A stretch of 58,424 nucleotides of DNA, the filler included, from a bacterium (GTDB lineage: Bacteria; UBA9089; CG2-30-40-21; SBAY01): NCBI GenBank assembly GCA_040757115.1. It is 4 parts of 4 records of this genome, joined end to end, with 100 filler letters (N's around TTAATTAATTAA, not from the genome) between each part and the next. Parts side by side here need not be neighbours in the genome. Positions count along the whole stretch, not along the records: positions 1 to 14,820 come from JBFLYA010000090.1; 3 more parts are not named here. The stretch is one strand, 5' to 3'. A program made the translations under genes and the position numbers. Below are positions 1-10,500 of the stretch, piece after piece. The first letter of the stretch is position 1. Each line of letters starts with the position of its first letter. Below the pieces are notes generated by a model. It did not search any database. It saw only the letters and a program-made list of their open reading frames with translations, and had not been told where the DNA came from.

Positions 1-205
1 GGGTCAGTGAAATGGGGGATTCTCCTGAAAGTAGGAAGTAGGAGAGTAGGAAAGTAGGAAAGGGGGAGACATTGCCCCCAGAAGAGGAATACCGTGCACA
101 TCCTTTATCCCTTTCCTACTTACCTACAACCTACTTACCTACTATTTTCATTGCTTTGTCCTCCGCAGATTAATGTTCATCCCCCCAAAATGACTAACGC
201 ATTAC
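1..205 (+). repeat. Dispersed MITE-like repeat with (A)GTAGGAA / CCTACTT short-repeat arms; near-identical inverted copy at 40120-40324
   Basis: 1-205 is close to the reverse complement of 40120-40324; terminus ...CTAACGCATTAC / GTAATCGGTCAG resembles the genome-wide GTAAN-NN-(T/G)TCAG ends. Confidence 0.85.
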
Positions 206-218
206 GATGGAGATTTTT

Positions 219-2030
219 ATGTTAAAGAATAAACAATATTTATCACTTATTGCTGATGGGATAATGAGTGTCATTATCCTCTATCTTGCCTTCTGGGTGC
301 GATTTGGTGGACATCTGACCAACATAGAATTTGACCAATTTTATACCGTTTTACCTGTCTTTATTTTAGTTCGTCTGGCAAGTTTCTATTTCTTTGGGCT
401 TTATCGTGGACTATGGCGTTATGCCAGTCTTCAGGATTTCATTATCATTATCCAGGCAGTAACCTGTAGTATGATTGTAATGGTCGTGATTATCTTTTTT
501 GCCCGTTGGTCATTCCCAAGAACCGTTTTACTTATAGATTGGGCATTTAGTATTATCTTTATTAGCGCCCGGAAATTTTTGCCAAGATTAATCCGGGAAT
601 TTCAATGGAAACAAACTGAGAAAAAAAGAGTTCTTATTGCTGGAGCCGGTGATGCGGGTGAAATGATAGTTAGAGAAATCAAAAGTAATCCTGATTCTGA
701 ATATAGAGTTGTCGGGTTTATTGATGACCATCATCAAAAACAAGGTATGCGAATCCATGGCATAGAGGTCATTGGGAAAAAAGAGGATATACCGCATCTG
801 GTTACAAATAAAAAAATCGATGAGGTAATTATTGCGATGCCTTCTGTTCCTGGAAAGATTATCTATAAGATTGTCTCTATTTGTAATGAGATTGGTGTCC
901 AGTGTAAAACTATTCCTGGACTGGGCGAGTTAATTAGAGGGGATGTAAGCATTAAGGGATTGCGGGATATTCATCTTGAAGATTTGTTACGCCGACCACC
1001 TGTAACTCTAAATCTGGACGAAATATCAGCCTATCTTCATAACAAATGTATCCTTGTTACAGGTGCCGCAGGCTCGATTGGTGCGGAATTATGCCGTGAA
1101 ATATTGAATTTCAGCCCTAAAAAATTGATATTATTCGACCATAATGAAAATGACTTATTCTTCCTTGAACACGAATTAAATACAAATAAGGATATTCTAA
1201 AAATATGCCTTGGTGATATTAAAGACCGTGCTAAAATGTCATTAGTTATGGAAAGATTTATGCCAGAGGTTATTTTTCATACTGCGGCTCATAAACATGT
1301 TCCGATGATGGAATTAAATCCTGAAGAAGCAGTCAAAAATAATATCATTGGAACAAAGATTTTAACTGAATTAGCCGAAAAATATCATATTGCAAAATTT
1401 ATTTACATCTCTACAGATAAAGCCGTCAACCCAACAAGTATTATGGGAGCAACTAAACGGGTAGGAGAACTCTTAGTTCAAAATAGAAAAGGGCAAACGC
1501 AATTTATCAGTGTCAGATTTGGTAATGTTCTGGGAAGTGCAGGTAGTGTCGTGCCGTTATTTCGCAAACAAATTGAGGAAGGCGGACCTGTCACCGTAAC
1601 CCATCCTGAAGCCACGCGTTACTTTATGACCGCTCCCGAGGCTGTAAACCTTATAATTCAGGCAGGGGCAATGGGTAAAGGAGGCGAAGTATTTATCCTC
1701 GATATGGGAGAACCAGTCAAAATCACAGACCTGGCTCGTGACCTGATTATGTTATCAGGATTTGAACCAGATAAAGATATTGAAATAAAATTTATTGGAC
1801 TAAGACCTGGCGAGAAACTACACGAAGAGATTCTTACCGCAGAGGAAGGTGTCAACGCTACATTTCATAAACAGATATTTATTGCCAAACCAGATATAAT
1901 TGATGTAGGGACGCTGGAGACTAAAATTAACGAATTAACCTATCTGGCAGAAAAAGGTGATAGAAAAGGAATTGTCCAAAAACTAATGGAATTTGTCCCA
2001 AATTATAACCCAAATTCAAATGAAAAATAA
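219..2030 (+). CDS. Nucleoside-diphosphate sugar epimerase/dehydratase (CapD/PglF/WbpM family)
   Basis: N-terminal TM helices, GAGDAG domain, TGAAGSIG, AAHKHVP, STDKAVNPTSIMGATKR, RFGNVLGSAGSV, GLRPGEKLHEE; ATG 219 follows GGAG. Confidence 0.93.
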   Translation: MLKNKQYLSLIADGIMSVIILYLAFWVRFGGHLTNIEFDQFYTVLPVFILVRLASFYFFGLYRGLWRYASLQDFIIIIQAVTCSMIVMVVIIFFARWSFPRTVLLIDWAFSIIFISARKFLPRLIREFQWKQTEKKRVLIAGAGDAGEMIVREIKSNPDSEYRVVGFIDDHHQKQGMRIHGIEVIGKKEDIPHLVTNKKIDEVIIAMPSVPGKIIYKIVSICNEIGVQCKTIPGLGELIRGDVSIKGLRDIHLEDLLRRPPVTLNLDEISAYLHNKCILVTGAAGSIGAELCREILNFSPKKLILFDHNENDLFFLEHELNTNKDILKICLGDIKDRAKMSLVMERFMPEVIFHTAAHKHVPMMELNPEEAVKNNIIGTKILTELAEKYHIAKFIYISTDKAVNPTSIMGATKRVGELLVQNRKGQTQFISVRFGNVLGSAGSVVPLFRKQIEEGGPVTVTHPEATRYFMTAPEAVNLIIQAGAMGKGGEVFILDMGEPVKITDLARDLIMLSGFEPDKDIEIKFIGLRPGEKLHEEILTAEEGVNATFHKQIFIAKPDIIDVGTLETKINELTYLAEKGDRKGIVQKLMEFVPNYNPNSNEK

Positions 2031-2037
2031 ATAATTT

Positions 2038-3246
2038 ATGTTTAAAGAATCTATACCTCAAAAAATTATACTCTCAGGATTAATATTATATTGTTTAGGT
2101 GTTACTATCTCTATCTCCTGTCAGATAATGGGAGTAATATTAGCACTTAGTGGTTGGATAATCAGAATGATAATAACCCGTAGGTTTGAAATAATAGGCA
2201 CCCCATTAAACATCCCTATCCTACTTTTTATCATCACCCTATTTTTATCAACAATATTCTCTTCTTATCCAATAGTGGCATTGGATAAAACGGAATCTAT
2301 GATTAGACACCTCCTTTTATATTATTTAGTCGTATGTGGAATTAAGGACGCATCTACTGCAAAAAAAATAATTATGGTTTTATTAGTTGCGGTGGCTATT
2401 GAATCAGGATACATAATTTTGCAGTATCTTTATAATTTTAAACTATTTGGGATAGTTGTTCATAATGGGGTCTCAAAACATCTAACAGAAAACCGTGCTA
2501 TAGGTGGTGCGGTAGGAATAATATTTCCGATTGGATTTTCTCTTTGGGTCTTTAGTAATTCTGCTTACAAAAAAATTGCTCTGGGAATAATCAATCTTTT
2601 AATTTTAACCGTATTATTATTTACTCAAACCAGAGGGATTTGGGTAGGTGTGATTTTAGCACTTATCTTTATAATTATCATCGGTATTCGGAAGAAAAAG
2701 AAAATATTACTCTCTTTATTCGCATTTGTGATTGTCATTCCATTTATTTTCCCAAAAGAAGTAACTAATCAAGTCTTATCAATATTTTCAGATAAAACTC
2801 TTGGTGGAAGAATCTATCTCTGGAGGGATAGCTTACAGATAGTCAAGGATTATCCTGTGTTTGGCACAGGACCAGGAACTTTTATCCATATCTATTATCC
2901 TGAATATTTTTCTAAAGAGGCAATGGAAAATAAAGACTTTGGGCATTTACATTGCCATAACAATTTTGTAAATGTTGCCGTAGAAGGAGGAATATTAGGT
3001 TTATTTGCATTTATCTGGTTGCTTATTGCCTCTTTTTGCCTTGGTTTTAAAATCCTTAAAAGGAATCTTCAAGATAAAGACCTTTTTCCGTTAACGATTG
3101 GACTGCTGGCTGGGTTAATAGTCTGGTTAGTTCACGGAATGGTAGATTGCACCTACCTGGGTAGCAGTGCCTATCTTTTCTGGTTCACATTGGGAATGAT
3201 TGTCAGGACAGGAGATATAGCGGTTATTAACTGGAAGTTTACATAG
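2038..3246 (+). CDS. O-antigen ligase family (WaaL/Wzy_C) membrane protein
   Basis: Many TM segments, TQTRGIW, GRIYLW, PVFGTGPG, HCHNNFV, EGGILG; last residues come from the downstream repeat. Confidence 0.88.
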   Translation: MFKESIPQKIILSGLILYCLGVTISISCQIMGVILALSGWIIRMIITRRFEIIGTPLNIPILLFIITLFLSTIFSSYPIVALDKTESMIRHLLLYYLVVCGIKDASTAKKIIMVLLVAVAIESGYIILQYLYNFKLFGIVVHNGVSKHLTENRAIGGAVGIIFPIGFSLWVFSNSAYKKIALGIINLLILTVLLFTQTRGIWVGVILALIFIIIIGIRKKKKILLSLFAFVIVIPFIFPKEVTNQVLSIFSDKTLGGRIYLWRDSLQIVKDYPVFGTGPGTFIHIYYPEYFSKEAMENKDFGHLHCHNNFVNVAVEGGILGLFAFIWLLIASFCLGFKILKRNLQDKDLFPLTIGLLAGLIVWLVHGMVDCTYLGSSAYLFWFTLGMIVRTGDIAVINWKFT

Positions 3247-3349
3247 GATAATACCCATAAATAAGGCATGAGAATAATCGTTCCGTTAGGAACATAATAT
3301 TGGTAGGAATAGATAGACAAATCAATCAGTTCCGTAGGAACGATATATT
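3218..3349 (+). repeat. REP-like repeat with GTTCCGT(T)AGGAAC hairpins; inverted copy at 14921-15052
   Basis: 132 bp near-identical to the reverse complement of 14921-15052; two short palindromes GTTCCGTTAGGAAC and GTTCCGTAGGAAC. Confidence 0.85.
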
Positions 3350-3393
3350 GGTAGAAATTTATGGAAAGCCATTTACCGATATGTTGAAGGATT

Positions 3394-4044
3394 TTATGGC
3401 AGGACAACATCAGGGGCGGGCGTATCATCTTTAGTGTTTATTTTAAGGACTTTACCTCCTAACTGTCCACCTTCGACTTGAATAAGAAGAAAATCACCTT
3501 TGGCAGAATACTTGAAGGATTTAGTCAAGTCAGCAGTTCTAAAATTGACTAAGTTTGTGTACCAATAGCCACCTGAATTGGCTAAAACAGAATACAATGC
3601 GGATTCATCTTCATCCCCTTGATTATCATTGTCCTGGAGTTTCAAATAGACGATAGCTTCGTTATCTAAAGCATTACCTTCGGCATCAATCACCTTGCCA
3701 TAGACTAAATCATTGCCTGTTGGAATTAAAGATACTCCGGTAGTTATTTCAAAGTCTTTGAGAACGGTCTCACCAGAGATAACCTGACAACGATAGGGTG
3801 TTTGTGGCGATAAACCAACAAGCGTGATGTGGTGAATAGTGCTAACGGTATTACTCCCACGGTCATCATAGGCAATTTGAGTTGTTTTTGTCTCACCATA
3901 CTTGATTAGCCCTATCTCTGGTTCATCAGATACCCACGAAATTGTCATCTGGCTATCCGTGATATTAGAAACCATTATTTCCTCAGCAAAGGCTAACTGA
4001 ATAAATAGCCCAATTGTTAATAAACTCATAATTAATCTTTTCAT
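3394..4044 (-). CDS. Secreted FN3/purple-acid-phosphatase-N-like domain protein, paralogous to the C-terminus of the upstream giant protein
   Basis: Signal peptide; VSNITDSQMTISW...YG...DDRG...H...L.GLSPQT.Y; AAGGAGG RBS. Confidence 0.8.
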   Translation of the reverse strand: MKRLIMSLLTIGLFIQLAFAEEIMVSNITDSQMTISWVSDEPEIGLIKYGETKTTQIAYDDRGSNTVSTIHHITLVGLSPQTPYRCQVISGETVLKDFEITTGVSLIPTGNDLVYGKVIDAEGNALDNEAIVYLKLQDNDNQGDEDESALYSVLANSGGYWYTNLVNFRTADLTKSFKYSAKGDFLLIQVEGGQLGGKVLKINTKDDTPAPDVVLP

Positions 4045-4067
4045 TTTTTCTTATACCTCCTTATTTT

Positions 4068-4546
4068 TGGTAATTGGTGACTGGTAACTGGTAATTGGTA
4101 ACTGGTAATTGGTAACTAAGTTCCTGTTTAGCGTCTCCCACGATTCTTCCCTTATTATCTTCCGCAAGATTTTACCACAGATTATCACTGATTACTTACT
4201 TTTCTGGTCTCGGATGTAAGGTGTAGACGGAGAGGGGTATTTAAATGATAAGGACTTGTCTACACCAAACATCCTCAACCATCACTTTTGTAAGCGTTCA
4301 GGCTACACATCCGGTGTGTAAAAAGGGGGATAAGGAGATAAGGGAGATGTGGAGATTATAAATTAAAAGATTATGGTTATGAAGTTGGTATGGAAGCCTG
4401 CTCCTGACAGGTTCAGGAGTTAGGTCAGGATGGTTCTAACTTCATAACCCCTAAACCAAACCAGCCCCCTAACCCTAACCCTTTCACCAAAAACTCCTAA
4501 ATATATCCCCTTATCTCCATAATCTCCATATCTCCTTTTCTTACAC
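4068..4546. repeat. Intergenic repeat cluster: TGGTAA(C/T) heptamer tandem, GGTGTAGAC/GTCTACACC hairpin, GTAAGCGTTCAG terminus and nested GGAGAT/ATCTCC inverted repeats
   Basis: Heptamers 4068-4116; inverted repeat ~4212-4273; terminus at 4290; nested IRs ~4316-4546 enclosing GGTTATGAAGTT/AACTTCATAACC. Confidence 0.75.
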
Positions 4547-4586
4547 TATTTCAACCTTTATGCTAGATTAAGACACCATCCAAAAT

Positions 4587-7500
4587 TTACGGTAAATTTA
4601 TATCACCTGCATTAGTCGTGCTGGCGTTTACGGTTGTCGATGTCTTACCCAAAGAGCCTGCTTCTACCTCGATATAAATGTTGTCTTGATTTGAGTAACT
4701 GAAAAAGCCTTGTAAATCTTTAGTCCTGATTTTATTTTTGTCTATTTCCCATCTGCCTGTAGCGTCGGTTAAACAAGCCGCCCAGACGGATTCTGAGGAA
4801 TTATCCTGTTTTTTCAATTTAACATAAACAATTGCCCCTTCAACTGGCATAGGACCTTTTTTAACATAACCCGCGATATTCGCCTGTGCTTGCGGCGGTA
4901 TCGTCGGTCCTGTGGTGAAAGAATAGGTTGCCGGGTCAGTTGAGTTACCACAAACCAGCGTGTAAAGATATGTAGTTTGTGTTTTTAGATTTTTAATAGT
5001 AACAAAATGTGTTTCTGCTTGAGTATCTACCCCACGGTCATCAAACGCCTCATAACCCAAAGATGTCGTCGTGCCGTAAAGAACTTTACATTTCAGGTTA
5101 GAGGTAGTAATCCAGGAGATAGTAACTTGATTTTCTGCAAAATTACTCACCCTGGTCCAATTTGGCGAATATTTGCTGATTTGTTTTGAATAGACAAAAT
5201 AGCCTTTATCTATATTCGTTGTAAAGTTATAGAACTCCGGGAAGCCAATCTGATACCCTGCCCAGAAGCTTCCATCATCCCAGCGTTGAACAATTGTTGC
5301 TGAGCCGTTTTGGGCATTTATATTCTGGAGCAGGTTTTTAGCCGTAATTGTCGCCACACCTTGACCAATTAAGTTCCAGCCAACTCGTAGATTTATATTT
5401 TCTGATTCAATTTTACTGCCGTGCATCTGCCAGGTGCTGGCATTCTTACAATGCACAAAATAGCCTCTTCCAACTTCAATCGGCATATCGTTATTAAAAT
5501 ATGGAGGTGTTGGTGGAATGCCTATCTGGTAAGTTAACCAGGTGCTTCCCTCGGTCCAATGTTGAACTATATCTGCGGTTGTGCCCTGTGCATTTATGCT
5601 CTCAACTAAATTTTCAGCGGTGTATGGTTTAAGCGTTGGTATTAACGGTAATGAGAATAGATTCCATCCCGCTCGGAAAGAGACGGTTCTCGTCGTAATT
5701 GGTCCAGCCAGAGTAGTTGCATCACAGGTGGTGATACCAGAAGGATTTGCCACCTCATCCCGGGTCTGAATGTAAAATCGATATGCCGTCGTGCTAAGTA
5801 ATCCAGTTATTGTTGCCTGCTGGACACTTCCGACAGGTTGAGGGAGAGGTGGTGAAAGAAACACAGTGGCATTATCCCAATTTCCTCCGACAGGTGCATA
5901 TTTGATGATATAAAGTGAGGCAGTGCCTGTAAAATTGTTATCACCCGGTGCACTCCACTCTAATCCAGCCGAATCAGAGGTAATATTTTTTACCGTAAAA
6001 TCGGTTATTGTGCCTGGCGCCCAAATGTCTCCTGGTGTCGCACTACCTACATTTGACATAGGTCCTTCTTGATCACCACTTACTGCGGTGACGACATAAT
6101 AATAAGGAATATCCTCAGTTACCGTGTTATCAATATAACTCGTTGTGCCAATTCCGGTATCAATCTGTTGAAAAGTTACTGTCCCTGCTGGCGGTATATC
6201 TGTGCGGTAAATATTAAAGGTCGTTGGTGTGGCAATATTATATTCCCAGGTTAATGATATTGAGCCCGGATGTCCAACCGCCTGGAGATTTGTCGGTCCA
6301 GTAATAGCAGGTGCCATTGCGGGCAGGGAAAGACTACCCAATGGTGGTGGAGTAACCTGTATCCCTAAAAAGGCATCCGTGTAAGTAATACTGGTTGAGC
6401 CAATTAATTCAAAATAGTCAGTTGATTGGAGTGGAGTAGGTGCTTTCGGTGCTTTCCCTTTCGTTTTTTGTGGGGTAATCGACAGGGTTAGTAAGATATT
6501 CTTTTCCGACCCCGGTGCGATATTCCCTCCCTCACCCCATTCCCAGATAATTGTATCTCCAATTTGTGTGCTGGTTCCGGGGAATGTTGAAATCAAATCG
6601 ACATCAGCATTTAAGTTCATCGTTATCTTTGGTGTTTCGGCAATATCATCCCCGGTATTGACAAATAATACCTTTAAATCTACCTCATTTCGTTCGTTGA
6701 GTGTGAGTGTCTGTGTTATTTCGCCATTAAATGCCCGTCGTATCTGATTAACGATATATTCCTGATTCATCGCAGGTCCATGAACAACAACGGTTTCAAG
6801 ATTCCCCGCAGAAGTGCCTGTTTCGCCAAAATGGTCTTTAAACTCAATCCCCGGACCCTCATTCACGACCTTTATGCCACTTCGCACACTATCCGTAATA
6901 GATTGAACAATCACATAAAAATCCTGCTTCATTTCATTATTATCATACCAGGGTAATTGTTGGGCATAGTTAGGTAAAGTAAAGGTTACGGTGCCTTTTG
7001 TGGGGTTAAAGGAAACATCTCTATTTAATGCTTCAAAATAAGCCGCTGATTGTGTGCCTCGTGGTTTTTGATTCACATCTATTCCCATAAGTCGTTCAAA
7101 TTCTGCTTTTTCTGCGGCATTGGCTAATTTCGCCTTATTTACCGTAACAAAAGAGGGAAAACCATCGGTTAAATGGACAACCGTCGATGAACCATACGAA
7201 GTTAAAATATGCCCTTGAGTATCCTCTATCCCTATCCAGGCGGCCGGGATTTCAAAACCGACATTGGCTAATTGATTGCCCGGCTCATCACAGGTCAATT
7301 TGAATTTTATCTTATGTATCTTACCTCTATCTAAATCAGGGATATTGGGTTTGGTCGTAATTTTAAAATAGACTATCCCTCGCCAGGCATCCGCAATCTT
7401 CGGTTCATTTTGAGCCTCAAGTAGATACGATAAGTCCTGATGCACCGGAGGAATAGAATTTAATAAATCATCCACAGTAATCGTCATCCAATCATTAATT

Positions 7501-10500
7501 ATCCGATATGTCTCCGGGTCAGAGGTATCTGGTTCGATTTTAACATTTTTAAGGGTATATGGGTCATTGGCGCTGCCACCAAGGTTATTACAAACCTCAA
7601 TTCTCACAAATGTTTCCTGTCCCGGGGCAAGTCGTGGGGTGCAAAGTTTATCATCAATACGACCACCAACAAATGTGCTGGCGGTTATCCTCCCAAACCC
7701 ATAGCTTTTAAGGAATGTCTCCATTTCAAATTGTCGTGGCTCATACGGGTCTTCAACTTTAATAATATGAAACACCGTATCGCCATAATTACCGATATTG
7801 ACTGGTGCTACCTTTTTAGAAATCTCAACATCACTAACTAACCCCCAGACCGCCTGAACATGGGCATCCATTATCATATATTGATTAGGGCCTTCATCGG
7901 GCTTATGAAAGATATATCGACTACCATCATTAACCTTCATCGGTCCCTCATAATGCACATCCGGATAATATGTGTTCATATCTGCCCAGATATGAATTTC
8001 TTCTTTTTCGCCAGTAAATAATGCCTGATTGAAATATAGGGTATGAAACATCGGCTCATCTTTTTCATCAACAAGTTGTGTTGGGTTGCCTACATTCTGA
8101 TAATCAGTCAAATAGTACTGCTCATATCTTGTATCAAACCCTAATCCTTTAAAGATATTCTTGACAATTAAACTCTGGTCTTTATTTATCTTAAATTTTT
8201 CATCAGGTTGATATATTTGCTCAAATTCCCGTGACCCATTCCATGTTTTGGCAATCAGATGTAATTTTGCAGGTTTGGAGACATCATATTCTAAATACAA
8301 TTTTTCATCACCATCCCTTGTGTATGGCGGCTTCCCACTGGCGGTATCCTTCTCTACATAAAGTTCATAGGTATCATTTACCGTTGGATAAACTTTAACC
8401 ACCGGGAAGAAGTCATTCGATTTTTTAAACTGTGGGTCCATCGTTCTAAGAGGGGCAGAATGCGGTCTCCCCCACATATCCTGCCATTTTACCTTTGGTA
8501 GATTTTCAATGTTAGTTGGAATAGGTGAATAAGCAATGCCCTGTGATAAATATTGTTTATATGGGTTTTCATCTGAGCCTAATAAAATGATAAAGAATAA
8601 TGCCTGAGCATTCATCAGCACCTTACCATTAACAACATAGTTTTCCGGGATATTGGGTAATGTTGCCATTAAAATTGTTCTGGGCGGAAGGATTTTATTT
8701 TTGTCAGTAGAAGTGCCCGGGTAGGGCGGTGGTAATTCCGTGCTCCTTATCCCATATCTGACAAGTGGGTCGATAAAATCATACCCGCCAATTTGATGAT
8801 ATGTCCAGGTGCCGGTCCAGGTAAGTTTTTGTGCCGGCAGGATTATATCGCCATTTGGGGCTAAACTAATTAAAGGTTTATCAAGTCCTGGTCCCCATTG
8901 TGGTTCTTTATAAACATTTGGGATTTCAATTGGTGCCCCATAAGGATTTTCATAGATATAAGTTGTCACGCCATCCCAGTTATTAACATTAAATTTGACA
9001 TAGCGGTTAGGTGCTTCGATAGGTAGTGGATAGCGTGGGTCATCAAAGAAAAATACCTCATTTTGTAACCAGACATTGGCATCACCGTCATCTACATCCC
9101 AGTATGTGCCGCCAGTTGACCAGACTATCTTTCGATTATCCGTTACATCAACAATTGGGGCAACCAAAGCGACTAAATCCTGGACATTGACATTTTTTGC
9201 CAATGTATCTTCTTTATTTTCAATGGGAAAGACAACATCCGAGAATATTCCGCTGCCAACAACGCCATAAGCGGTAAGTTTATCCAGCGAGCGGTCGCCA
9301 ACTAATCGTGCCGCCATTTTTGCCTTCATCGTTACATCACGGGCATAAATCGTTACATCACCACCTGGCACCTCTTTGTAACTTGCGGATGTCTTGCAAA
9401 CAACCGCCTCTCCTTTTTTAAGGGCATTTGCCTCTGTAAAAACCCAGAAGGATAAGTTTAACTTTGTATTTTCATCAATTTCGCCAAAATTCCAGGTAAT
9501 AGTGGTCAATGTGCCAGGACCCAGGTCAGTGATAGTCCCTTCTCGCTCAATATTAGATTGTAATGGGCTGATTTTAGACTGGTCAGTAATATTGAATCCC
9601 GGCTGGACTACCGATTTGATAACTACATCCTTAAGTGGGTTATTCCAGAAGTTACAAAATGTTACCGTAACATACACCGGGACATCTGCCTCTAATCCGG
9701 GAATAATATCTTTGGGCACCTCCTCAGAGAACTTTTGGCAGGCATCCATTGATAAAGCCGCCTTTCTCGACATACTTAAAAGCACCGCATCTAAGACCAT
9801 TGGATAATATTCTGTTTTATCCGATGGATGAGAAGGTATCATCATCGCACAGCCTAACTGGTGTTCAATATAAATTATGGCTGGTGAATCTGAATGATTG
9901 GTATCAGTATATTTAGCGATTATTGTCTGGGTAGCATTTGCCACTGGCGATTTTTCTAATAATAACGGGTCGTCAAGAACATAAGTTTCTGGAGCTAACC
10001 AGGAGAAGGTAAGTGGATGTGCGGTATCTAAAATATTTAGTTGCCCTTTACTATCTATATCTGTTACGCGTGTTTGTAAATCTACGGTTCCAGAACCTAC
10101 CAGCCCAAGTTTTTCCACTAAATACACACATTCTCCCTGCGTGTAAAGGATACCGCCATTGGCGATAAATGATTTGAGATTATCTAATCCTTGTTGGGTC
10201 AAAGTGCCAACAACATCTTCCACATAACCTTTTTTAACTGATGGGAAAATAACCAGGTCATAATCAGCAAGTTTGCCCTGGCGAATATCATTTTCATTAA
10301 CACGGTCAAAGTATTCACCCCAAAGATACATCCGGAATATTTGTTCAAAATAACCTTCTTCCCAGGTAATGTATTGGTCATATTCATCCATTAAATCCGA
10401 GTAAAATAAAGCAATCTTGATGGGTTGTAAGGAATAGGATTTTGAGACACCAAGCACATTTCCTGTCCCAACACCCTTTTCTACAACAAGATAATCTGGC